Source: an uncultured Hymenobacter sp.
GTDB lineage: Bacteria > Bacteroidota > Bacteroidia > Cytophagales > Hymenobacteraceae
Direction: 5' to 3'
Assembly (NCBI GenBank): GCA_913778455.1
Contig: CAJYVK010000135.1
Location: forward strand, 10,087 to 74,086
Length of the DNA stretch: 64,000 nucleotides
Part shown: piece after piece, positions 1 to 8,639 of the stretch
Position numbering within the stretch: the stretch's first letter is position 1
Layout: each line of letters begins with the position of its first letter
Program-made: the position numbers and the translations under genes
The notes under the pieces: generated by a model
The model's database searches: none
The model's input: only the letters and a program-made list of their open reading frames with translations
Told to the model about the DNA's origin: nothing

Positions 1-2
1 CG

Positions 3-299
3 GGCTGGCCCTCGGCGGCAGTAGGGACTTTCGGCGGCGAGGTTACGGTGATTGACGTAGTGAACAGCCCCGGTGGTAAGTATCGCCTGCTCGTACGGCC
101 CACCCAGCCGATGGCTGGCGACCAGCCCTGGCCCCGGCAATTGCGCGTGGGCTCGGGCGTGCAGGGCTGGGTGATCCTCGACTCGGTACCCGTGTGGTAC
201 GAAATCTGGCGGCAGCTCAACGGCTTCCCGCCCACGCTCAGCAAAGAGCCCGACGTAACTCCTACCAAAGCCGACTCCGGCAAGGAGAAAGCCAAATAG
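3..299 (+). CDS. HlyD-family periplasmic adaptor (membrane-fusion) protein, C-terminal fragment; 5' end lies outside the window
   Basis: Frame is open from the window edge to TAG at 297-299. The tail ...LRVGSGVQGWVILDSVPVWYEIWRQLNGF is typical of HlyD-type adaptors. The TolC-like gene starts 2 nt downstream. Confidence 0.5.
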   Translation, partial: GWPSAAVGTFGGEVTVIDVVNSPGGKYRLLVRPTQPMAGDQPWPRQLRVGSGVQGWVILDSVPVWYEIWRQLNGFPPTLSKEPDVTPTKADSGKEKAK

Positions 300-301
300 G
301 T

Positions 302-1849
302 ATGAAAGCGCTTGTACTAACCTTTTTGACGCGGCTGGCGCGGCCCGACGCGGCGTGGCTGGGGGTGCTCCTGCTCGGGGTGCTGCTGGCCCGCCCCGCC
401 CTGGCCCAGGACCCCGAGCTACCGGCCCGGCGCTCGGGCATCGAGACCGCCCCGCTCCAGACCTTGCAGCTCGACGAAATCCGGCCCGCCGACACGGCCA
501 AGGTATTTTCGCTGCAAGACCTGGCCGAGCTCATTTTTGCCAATCACCCCATCGTGAAGCAGGCGGCCCTGCTTAGCGAGGAGGGCCGCAGCCAGGTGCT
601 GCAAGCCCGTGGGGGCTTCGACCCCAAGCTGGAGGCGGATTTTCACCGTAAGCTGTTTGGCGGCACCGAGTACTACAATAACTGGGGCAACCAGTTGAAA
701 GTACCCATCTGGCCCGGGGGCATCGACCTCAAGGCCAGCTACGACCGTTTTGTGGGCGTGTATACCAATCCCGAAACCCGCACGCCCGTCAACGGGCTGG
801 CGGGCATTGGCTTGTCGGTGCCCATCGGGGCCGGGCTGTTTATCGATGCCCGTCGCAGTACCCTGCGCCAGGCTAAGGCGCTGCTAAGCGCGGCCGAGGC
901 CGACCGGGTGAAGCAGATAAACGAAGTGTGGCTGCAAGCTGCCAAAGACTACTGGAACTGGTACTACTCGTACCAGCAAAATCAGCTCATCCGTGAGGGT
1001 GTGGCGCTGGCCAGCCGGCGCTTTGAGGCCACTGCCCGCCGCGCCCAGATTGGCGACCAGGCTCCCATCGACTCGGTAGAGGCCCAGATAACGGTGCAGG
1101 ACCGCCAGGTGCAGGGCACGCAGCTGCTTGTGGAGCTGCAAAACGCTCGCCTGCTGCTCTCTAACCACCTCTGGAACAAAGACGGCCAGCCCGTGGAGCT
1201 GCCCGCCTACGCCGCCCCCCAATCGCCCGCGCTCGATACTGTTAGCCGGGCTCAGTACCAGCAGCTAGCCCAGCAGGCCGCCGTCAATCATCCCACGCTA
1301 CTGAAGCTGGACGCCAAAATAGCCCAGTACCGCATTGAGGAGAGCTACCGCCGCGAAATGCTCAAGCCCAAGCTCAACCTGACGGGTACGCTCATCAGCC
1401 AAGGTGATTTTTACCGGAACGAAGTGCCGGGCTACTACAATTTTGGCTTGGACAACTATAAGCTGGGTGCGGATTTCGCCTTCCCGCTTTTCTTGCGCGC
1501 CGAGCGCGGTAAGCTCCAGTACGCCCGCATTCAACTCAAAGAATTTGCCCTGGAAAAGCAGCAGAGCCAGCGCACCATCGGTACGCAAGTAGCGAATGTA
1601 TACAGCACGCTCAAGGCCTACGAGCAGCAGCTCCGCATCCAGGCCCAGGCCATCAGAAACCAGCGAATCTTGTTGCGGGCCGAGTTGACCAAGTTTGAAT
1701 TGGGGGAGAGTACCATCTTCCTCATCAACGCCCGCGAGAGCAAGCTCATCGACTTGCGTATCAAGCAGGAAAGCCTGCGGTCCAGCTACGAAAAATCACG
1801 CGCCGAGCTGTACTACTACGCCGGCACTCGCTCCAAGACCGCAGATTAA
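302..1849 (+). CDS. TolC-family outer-membrane efflux protein
   Basis: ATG at 302 gives the signal peptide MKALVLTFLTRLARPDAAWLGVLLLGVLLARPALAQ. The protein is about 515 aa with the two-repeat coiled-coil/beta-barrel pattern of TolC/OEP proteins. The ORF-track start at 194 is an upstream extension. Confidence 0.85.
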   Translation: MKALVLTFLTRLARPDAAWLGVLLLGVLLARPALAQDPELPARRSGIETAPLQTLQLDEIRPADTAKVFSLQDLAELIFANHPIVKQAALLSEEGRSQVLQARGGFDPKLEADFHRKLFGGTEYYNNWGNQLKVPIWPGGIDLKASYDRFVGVYTNPETRTPVNGLAGIGLSVPIGAGLFIDARRSTLRQAKALLSAAEADRVKQINEVWLQAAKDYWNWYYSYQQNQLIREGVALASRRFEATARRAQIGDQAPIDSVEAQITVQDRQVQGTQLLVELQNARLLLSNHLWNKDGQPVELPAYAAPQSPALDTVSRAQYQQLAQQAAVNHPTLLKLDAKIAQYRIEESYRREMLKPKLNLTGTLISQGDFYRNEVPGYYNFGLDNYKLGADFAFPLFLRAERGKLQYARIQLKEFALEKQQSQRTIGTQVANVYSTLKAYEQQLRIQAQAIRNQRILLRAELTKFELGESTIFLINARESKLIDLRIKQESLRSSYEKSRAELYYYAGTRSKTAD

Positions 1850-1892
1850 ACGGATTTAACGGATTGCGCGGATACGCCCGCCTCCGGCGGGC
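1838..1892. repeat. About 55-nt repeat (ACCGCAGATTAAACGGATTTAACGGATT...GCCCGCCTCCGGCGGGC), left copy of an inverted pair
   Basis: Overlaps the stop of the TolC gene. The reverse-complement copy is at 2025-2085. It contains tandem ACGGATTTA units and its own GC hairpin. Confidence 0.8.
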
Positions 1893-1974
1893 TGACTGAA
1901 TGCTCCGCATTGGTTCGGGTTCGTTGCTGAGTTGCTCTCTTGCGCGTAACGAGTGATAGATAATTCACTAAAAA

Positions 1975-2002
1975 GGCCACCCATTGCCGGGTGGCCTTTT
2001 TT
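1975..2002. terminator. Bidirectional intrinsic terminator between convergent outer-membrane-factor genes
   Basis: Hairpin GGCCACCC-attgcc-GGGTGGCC, flanked by an A-run upstream and TTTTTT downstream. Confidence 0.8.
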
Positions 2003-2024
2003 GGTGGTTTACTAGCTTAGCCAA

Positions 2025-2085
2025 GCCCGCCGCCGCAGGCAGGCGGGCGCATCTGTGAAATCCGTTAAATCCGTTAAATCTGCGG
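2025..2085. repeat. Right (inverted) copy of the 1838-1892 repeat
   Basis: Its reverse complement reads CCGCAGATTTAACGGATTTAACGGATTTCACAGATGCGCCCGCCTGCCTGCGGCGGCGGGC. It sits directly 3' of the minus-strand OMF gene stop. Confidence 0.8.
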
Positions 2086-2086
2086 T

Positions 2087-3529
2087 TTATTCTGCGGTCC
2101 AGCCGCCTCCCAGTGCGCGATAGAGGTTTACGCTCTGCAGAAGCTGCGCCTGGCGGGCATCGGCTAGGCTGAGCTCGGCTTCGAGCACGCTACGCTGGGC
2201 GGTAATTATTTCTAAATAAGAGGCGTAGCCGGCAATAAACAGCTCATTAGAAGTCGCTACGGCCTTGCGCAATTGGTCTACTTCCTGGGCGCGGAGGTCG
2301 GCGGCGGCGCGGAAGTTTTCCAGGCCTTGCAGACCCACTACTACCTCGCGGAAGCCGGTTTGCAGCGTCTGTTGGTAGCGGTAATAGGCTTCGTAGTTGC
2401 TGGCGATGGCCTGGCGCAGGTCGGCGCGGTATTGGGCGCGGTTGAGGATGGGGCCAGCCAGGCCGCCGATGGCCCCGAATACCACCGAGCCGGGGTCGAG
2501 CAGGAGGTTGGTGCGGAAGGCGTTGAGGCCCACGTAGGGCGTGAGAGTAAGGCTGGGCAAGAAGGCGGCGCGGGCGGCATCGACCTCGGCGCGGTTGGCT
2601 TGCAGCTCCAACTCGGCCTGACGTACGTCGGGGCGGCGCAGCAGCGAGGTGGCGGGCAGGCCCGCGGCGAGGGTGGCGGGCAGGCTCTGGGTGGGCAACA
2701 GGCGGCTGCGCCGGATGGGCTGCGGGTAGCGGCCCAGTAGCTGATTGAGCTGGGTTTCGGTTTCGACGATGCGCTGGCGGGTCTCAAAAGCCAGGCTCTT
2801 GGTGCGCAGGGCCTGGGCGGCAAATTGCTGCACGGCCAGCTCGGTAACGCGGCCGGCCTGCTTCTGCACCTTGGTCAGGCGCAGGCCCTCTTCCTGGAAG
2901 CGGGCGTTGCGCTCCAGAATGGCCAGCTGGCTATCCAGCGTAAGGAGCTCGTAGTAGGCGCGGGCTACGTCGGCCACGACGTTGGTGATGACCAGATTGC
3001 GGCCCTGCTCCGAGCTGAGTACGCGCAGGTAGGCCGCCTTGCGGCGGCTCCGCAGTTTGCCCCAGATGTCAATTTCCCACGAGCTGCGCAGCCCCACGAA
3101 TAAGTCGGGTACGAGCGGACCGGGAATCTGTTGGCGGCCATCGATATTGGGCGAGAGGTTGGTGTCGAAGTTGCCCACGCCGTTGAGCGTGTACCGGCCG
3201 TAGCGGTCGAGCGCCGCCGTGCCGGTCGCCGACACGGTCGGAAACAAGGCCCCGCGCCGCGCCAGGTACTGCGCCCGGAAAGTCTCGACCCGCGTAAGCG
3301 CCACCCGAAGATCCAGATTCTGGCGCAGGGCCGTGTCAATAAGACCTACCAGGGCGGAGTCGCGGAAAAACTGCCGCCAGGGCAGCGACCCGGCGCTCAG
3401 GCTATCGCTCGTGTTAGCGGCTTGATTGTAGGCTTTTGGAACGGGCGGACTGGCGGTAGGGTCGGCGGGGGTTGCGACGCGGCAACTGGCGGCGAGAAGA
3501 ATTATAGAGCAGGCAATTAGAAAGCGCAT
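2087..3529 (-). CDS. Efflux transporter outer-membrane lipoprotein, NodT/OprM family
   Basis: ATG at 3529 gives MRFLIACSIILLAASC (lipobox LAASC). It shows full-length similarity to RND-associated OMFs and is the last gene of the adaptor-pump-OMF operon. The ORF-track N-terminus (to 3679) reads through a repeat element. Confidence 0.9.
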   Translation of the reverse strand: MRFLIACSIILLAASCRVATPADPTASPPVPKAYNQAANTSDSLSAGSLPWRQFFRDSALVGLIDTALRQNLDLRVALTRVETFRAQYLARRGALFPTVSATGTAALDRYGRYTLNGVGNFDTNLSPNIDGRQQIPGPLVPDLFVGLRSSWEIDIWGKLRSRRKAAYLRVLSSEQGRNLVITNVVADVARAYYELLTLDSQLAILERNARFQEEGLRLTKVQKQAGRVTELAVQQFAAQALRTKSLAFETRQRIVETETQLNQLLGRYPQPIRRSRLLPTQSLPATLAAGLPATSLLRRPDVRQAELELQANRAEVDAARAAFLPSLTLTPYVGLNAFRTNLLLDPGSVVFGAIGGLAGPILNRAQYRADLRQAIASNYEAYYRYQQTLQTGFREVVVGLQGLENFRAAADLRAQEVDQLRKAVATSNELFIAGYASYLEIITAQRSVLEAELSLADARQAQLLQSVNLYRALGGGWTAE

Positions 3530-3588
3530 GGCTAAGGGGATATTTTTAGCGGGCTGGCGTGGGGTATCTCGTCCCCGGCATCCGGCGG

Positions 3589-3669
3589 ATGTAACACCAA
3601 GCTCCAGCTTGGTGCCTCGCTCGGCGGGCATAGCCGGACGCCTCACCAAGCTGGAGCTTGGTGTTACAT
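3589..3669. repeat. 81-nt nested-palindrome intergenic element, copy 1
   Basis: ATGTAACACCAAGCTCCAGCTTGGTG-(29 nt)-TCACCAAGCTGGAGCTTGGTGTTACAT. Each arm is itself a palindrome. A near-identical copy lies at 8531-8611. Confidence 0.85.
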
Positions 3670-6600
3670 TAATGGGCAACTAACTCACGCTCTGGCTGAG
3701 CCACCGGCTCCGGCGCATCCAAGTTTTTCGGCTTCTCGAAGCTGGCAAACAGCACGTACAAGCCCGGAATCAGCACCATGCCGAAGACGGTGCCGATGAG
3801 CATGCCGCCCGCCGCCGCCGTGCCGATGGAGCGGTTGCCGAGCGCGCCAGCCCCGCTGGCCATCACCAGCGGAATGCGGCCGGCGATGAAGGCGAAGGAA
3901 GTCATCAGGATGGGCCGCAGGCGCGATACCGCACCCTGCACGGCGGCTTCCAGGACAGTGGCCCCGGCGCGGCGGCGCTGCTAGGCAAACTCGATGACGA
4001 GGATGGCATTCTTACCCAGTAGACCGATGAGCATCACGAGGGCCACCTGGGCGTAGATGTTGTTTTCGAGCCCCAGCAGCTTGAGGCTGAGGAAGGCCCC
4101 GAAGACGCCGGTGGGCAGGCTCAGCAGCACCGGCAGCGGCAGCAGCAGGCTCTCGTACTGGGCAGCCAGTAGCAGATACACGAAAATGAGCACGATGCCA
4201 AACACGTAGAGCGCCTGGTCGCCGCTCAGAATTTGCTCGCGGGTCATGCCGCTCCACTCGTAGCTGAAGCCTCGCGGGAGCACGTCGGCGGCGACTTTTT
4301 CGATGGCCGAGATGGCGTCGCCCGAGCTGTGGCCCGCGGCGGCGTCGCCGTTGATCATGGCCGAGGTGTACATGTTATAGCGCGTGAGCTGGTCGGGACC
4401 GAAGACGCGCTCTAGCTTCACGAACGTGGAGAAGGGTACGAGCTCGCCGCGGTTGTTCTTGACGTGCAGGGCCAGCAGGTCGTCGGGGCGGCCACGGTAC
4501 TCGGGGCCGGCCTGTACCATCACTTTGTACATCTGGCCGAAGCGGATGAAGTTGCTGGCGTAGTAGCTACCCAGCAGGGTTTGCAGGGTGCTCATGGCCT
4601 TATCTACGGTCACGCCTTTTTTGGCGGCCATGTCCTGGTCGATGTGGATGAGGTACTGCGGAAAGTTAGGGTCGAAGCCCGTGAACGCGCCGTTGATGGC
4701 CGGCGACTTTTGCAGGGCGGTGAGGAAGGTTTGCGACACCTTGGCGGTTTGCTGCAAGTCGCCGCGGCCCGACTTATCCAGCAGCCGCAGCTCAAAGCCG
4801 CTGCTGTTGCCGAAGCCCGGCACCGTGGGCGGCGGTAGGAACTGAATGTCGGCGTCGGCGATGCCCGCCGTTTTCTTTTCCAGCTCCTTAATTACGTCGG
4901 CCACCGACTGCTCGCGCTCGTCCCAGGCCTTGAGGTTGATCATGCCCATGCCGTAGCTGGAGCCGGCCACTTCGTTGACCAGGCTGTAGCCAGCCAGGGT
5001 CGAAACCGATTCTACCGGCCCCATTTTCTGGGCGATGCGCTGCACCTGGGCCAGTACGGCCTCGGTGCGCTCCACGGTGGCCCCGGCTGGGGTGGTCACG
5101 TTGATGTACACCATGCCCTGGTCCTCGGTCGGGATAAAGCCTGAGGGCAAAATGCGACTCACGCCCCAGGTTGCTCCGAAAAAGAGCAGCAGCGCCCCAA
5201 TAGTCACTACGCGGCGGCCAGCGATGCCACCCAGCAGGCGCTGGTAGCCGCCGGCCAGCCCCTCGTACTTATTGTTAAAGCCTTTGAAGAACCGGCCCAC
5301 GAGGCCCGTGCGCTCGCCCTCGTGCTGCTTGAGCATGAGCGCGCACAAGGCGGGCGTGAGCGTCACGGCGTTGACGCCCGAAATAACAATGGCGATGGCC
5401 AGCGTAAGCGAAAACTGGCGGTAGAACACGCCCACCGGCCCGTCCATGAACGATACCGGGATGAATACCGCCGACATGACCAACGTAATGGCAATCAGTG
5501 AGCTGCTGATTTCGTGCATGGCCTCGAAGGTGGCGCTGCGGGCGTCCATGTGCTTTTCCTCCATTTTGGCGTGCACGGCCTCGACTACCACGATGGCGTT
5601 ATCGACCACGATGCCGATGGCCAACACCAGCGCGAAGAGCGTGAGCAGATTAATCGAAAAGCCCAGCATCTGCATGAAAGCCAGCGTGCCGATGAGCGCC
5701 ACCGGTACGGCCAGCGCCGGAATGAGCGTGGAGCGCCAATCCTGCAAAAACAAGTACACAATGACGAATACCAGCAAGAACGCCTCCACCAGCGTGCGCA
5801 GCACCTCGTGAATACTGGCGTCGAGAAAGCGCGACACGTCGTAGGCGATGCTGTACTTCATGCCGGGCGGGAAGCTCGTGGCTTGTAATTCGGCCATGCG
5901 CTTTTTCACGTTGGCGATGACGTCGCTGGCATTGGAGCCGGGGCGCTGCTTGAGCATGATGGCCGCCGAGGGCTGCCCGTCGTTTTTCGACGACATGCCG
6001 TAGGTGAGCGAGCCAAATTCTACGTCGGCCACCGCCTTGAGGCGCAGTACCGAGCCGTCGGGGTTCGAGCGAATGACGATGTTGCGGTACTGGTCGGGCT
6101 CGAAAAACTTGCCGGTGTAGCGCAGCACGTACTGGAGCTGCTGGGCCGCGCCGCCCGAGCTTTCGCCCGACTTACCCGGGGCCGCCTCCACGTTTTGCGC
6201 CCGAATGGCTTCCACAATCTCGTCGGTACCCACGTCGTAGGCCGCCATGCGGTCGGGCTTCAGCCACACCCGCATCGAGTACTCACGCGAGCCCATAATC
6301 TCGGCAAAGCCCACGCCGTTGATGCGCTTGAGCTCCTGCAAGACGTTGATGTCGGCAAAGTTGTAGATAAATTTCTCGCCCGCCGTCTTGTCGTCGCTCG
6401 TGATGTTGAGGTAGAGCAGCATGGAGTTTACCTCCTTCTCGGTAGTCACACCAGCCTTAATTACCTCCTCGGGCAGCTCGTCGATCACGGTCGTGACGCG
6501 GTTCTGCACGCCCACGGCCGCCAGGTCGGGGTCGGTGCCCACCTCAAAGAATACCGTGATGAGCGTCACACCGTTGTTTGAGCTGACCGAGTTCATGTAG

Positions 6601-6827
6601 GTCATGCCCGGCACGCCGTTGATGGCGCGTTCCAGCGGCGTGGCCACGGCCTTGGCGCACACCTCGGCATTGGCCCCGGTGTACTTGGCCGTCACTGTCA
6701 CCGAGGGCGGCACGATGTCGGGAAACTGCGTGATGGGCAGTGTGTACAAAGCCAGCCCGCCCAGCAGCACCAGAAACACGGAGATGACCAGCGAGAGTAT
6801 CGGCCGGCGAATGAAGATATCGAACAT
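3669..6827 (-). pseudogene. AcrB/HAE1-type RND efflux permease interrupted by one in-frame TAG (3981-3983)
   Basis: Start MFDIFIRRPILSLV at 6827. ORFs 3981-6917 and 3669-3941 are in the same frame. The read-through sequence is ...[40 protein letters not shown]..., matching the conserved TM10-TM12 region of RND pumps. Confidence 0.8.
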
Positions 6828-6837
6828 AGAGCGTAGC

Positions 6838-6936
6838 GCGGACTCTGCGAGTCCGCACGTTAAGAGACATAGCGAAAAGAGATAATCAGCCGCTGATGAA
6901 GACGTTGCGCAACACACGCGGACTCGCAGAGTCCGC
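6838..6936. repeat. Pair of REP-like palindromes GCGGACTCTGCGAGTCCGC (6838-6856) and GCGGACTCGCAGAGTCCGC (6918-6936) in opposite orientation
   Basis: Perfect 8-bp stems. The pair occupies the 119-nt spacer between the adaptor stop and the pump start. The same family occurs at 10031-10089 and 33542-33709. Confidence 0.85.
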
Positions 6937-6946
6937 GCTGCGTCGG

Positions 6947-8104
6947 TTACTGCGCGGCCACGGCCAGCGAGTCCATCATCACGGCCTTGGCCTTGATTTG
7001 CTGCTTGTCGCGCAGCTCGGGCGCCCCTTCGTACACCACGCGCTCGCCGGGCTTCAGCCCATCCTTCACCACGTAGAAGTCGCCGAGGCGTGTCTGGGGC
7101 GTGAAGCTGCGGGTGTGCACCGTGCTATTCTGGTCCACCACGTACACGAAGTTTTGGTCCTGAATCTCAAACACGGCCTTTTGCGGCAGCAGTAGCGCGG
7201 TGGGTAATTGGCTGGTCAGGCGCACTTTGCCCGAGGCCCCGTGCTTGAGCAGGCGGTCGGGGTTGGGGAAACGGGCCCGCAGGGCGATGGAGCCGGTGTT
7301 GGGGTTGAACTCGCTCTCGGCCGTTTCGATGTGGCCGGTGAGCGGGTAGGGGTCGCCATTGGCGAGGGTGAGGCGTACCGAGTCGGAGTGCAGCTCGGGG
7401 TGCTCGCGGCGGGCCTTGCTGTAGTTCATGTAGCTGCCCTCCGCCACGTCGAAATAGGCGAATACCGAGCTCAAATCCGATACCGTCGTGAGCAGGGTAC
7501 CTTCCTCCACCACGCTGCCCACCTTGAGCGGAATGCGGTCGAGCACGCCGTCGAAGGGAGCCCGCACCAGCGTGTAGCCCAGGCTGAGGCGGGCAGCGGC
7601 CACCCCGGCGAGGGCGTCGGCTACGCGGGCATCGGCCTCCTTCACCTTGCTCGTGGAGAGGGCCAGCTCGGTCTTCGCAATGATATTTTTATCGACCAGC
7701 AGGCGCACCCGGTCGCGCTCCACGCGCACGGCGGCGGCCTGGGCCTGGGCGCTGGCCACGGCCGCCTGGGCCTGGCTTAGCTTGTTTTGGTAAGCGCTGG
7801 CGTTGAGGCGGAAGAGCGGCTGGCCCTTCTTCACGGGCTTGCCCTCATCCACAAAAATCTGCTCCAGGAAGCCGGCCACCTGGGCCCGCACTTCCACGTT
7901 GCGCACGGCCTGCACGTCGGCCACGTAGTCGCGGTGCAGCTGCTGCTCCGAGGTTTTGAGCGTCACGACGGGTACCACGGGCGGGGCCTCGGCAGTGTCC
8001 TTTTCGGCCTTAGCCGAGCAGCCACCCAGGCCCAGCGCCAGTAAGCCCGCGGCGCTGGCCGTGGCGAGGTAATGAAATAAGGAGCAGCTATTCAAGGGGT
8101 TCAT
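6947..8104 (-). CDS. Efflux RND transporter periplasmic adaptor (AcrA/HlyD_D23 family) lipoprotein
   Basis: ATG at 8104 gives MNPLNSCSLFHYLATASAAGLLALGLGGC (lipobox). It has the typical MFP barrel-sandwich and coiled-coil regions. The ORF-track start at 8122 is TTG. Confidence 0.9.
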   Translation of the reverse strand: MNPLNSCSLFHYLATASAAGLLALGLGGCSAKAEKDTAEAPPVVPVVTLKTSEQQLHRDYVADVQAVRNVEVRAQVAGFLEQIFVDEGKPVKKGQPLFRLNASAYQNKLSQAQAAVASAQAQAAAVRVERDRVRLLVDKNIIAKTELALSTSKVKEADARVADALAGVAAARLSLGYTLVRAPFDGVLDRIPLKVGSVVEEGTLLTTVSDLSSVFAYFDVAEGSYMNYSKARREHPELHSDSVRLTLANGDPYPLTGHIETAESEFNPNTGSIALRARFPNPDRLLKHGASGKVRLTSQLPTALLLPQKAVFEIQDQNFVYVVDQNSTVHTRSFTPQTRLGDFYVVKDGLKPGERVVYEGAPELRDKQQIKAKAVMMDSLAVAAQ

Positions 8105-8140
8105 AAGAAAGAAGATGTACAAGCAAAAAGCCCCGGCCCG

Positions 8141-8410
8141 CTACTGGACCGAGGTGGTAGCCGTGGGCACGGGCTGCGGCGGGGTAATTCCGTGGGCGAG
8201 TAGGCTGTCCTGCTGCTGGTGGTCGGCCTGGCAGCGGGCCAGCAGCCGCTGGGTGAGGCGCAAGTCGGCCTCGGTCTCTTGCAGGTCGTCGTAGTCGGCG
8301 GCTACCAGCGGATGGCTGTACAGCAAAAAGCCGTTGAGTACCAGCGACAACACCAGCGCCCCTGCCAGCAGTACCGATAAAAAATTTAAGGACCGAAAGG
8401 GGCTACGCAT
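8141..8410 (-). CDS. Hypothetical small membrane-anchored protein (89 aa)
   Basis: ATG start, one N-terminal TM helix (LNFLSVLLAGALVLSLVLNGFLL), co-directional with the efflux operon. No family recognised. Confidence 0.4.
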   Translation of the reverse strand: MRSPFRSLNFLSVLLAGALVLSLVLNGFLLYSHPLVAADYDDLQETEADLRLTQRLLARCQADHQQQDSLLAHGITPPQPVPTATTSVQ

Positions 8411-8530
8411 GGGTGAGCAGGGCAGTGGCTACTGCCCGCAAAGCACCCCCGACGACATTAAAACGGTATGAGAACCGTATTAGAAAAGATGAAAATGAGG
8501 TGAGCGTACGGTAGCCGCCTCTTTTCAAAA

Positions 8531-8611
8531 ATGTCACACCAAGCTCTAGCTTGGTGATGTGCTCGGCGGGCAAGTCCGGGCGCGTCACCAAGCCGGAGCT
8601 TGGTGTGACAT
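8531..8611. repeat. 81-nt nested-palindrome intergenic element, copy 2
   Basis: ATGTCACACCAAGCTCTAGCTTGGTG-(29 nt)-TCACCAAGCCGGAGCTTGGTGTGACAT. It shares the central GCTCGGCGGGCA..CCGG motif with copy 1. Confidence 0.85.
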
Positions 8612-8639
8612 TTAAGTAGGCTCCCACCCCAAGCCAACC

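Noticed and set aside
2087-3679. N-terminal extensions of ORF-track entries (2087-3679, 3981-6917, 33630-34301, 18817-19704, 21805-23076, 45388-46413, 32292-32837)
   Set aside because: The extensions read through palindromic repeats or intergenic DNA (for example the TKLELGVT peptides from the nested palindrome). They precede an internal ATG that is followed by a proper signal peptide, lipobox or conserved N-terminus.
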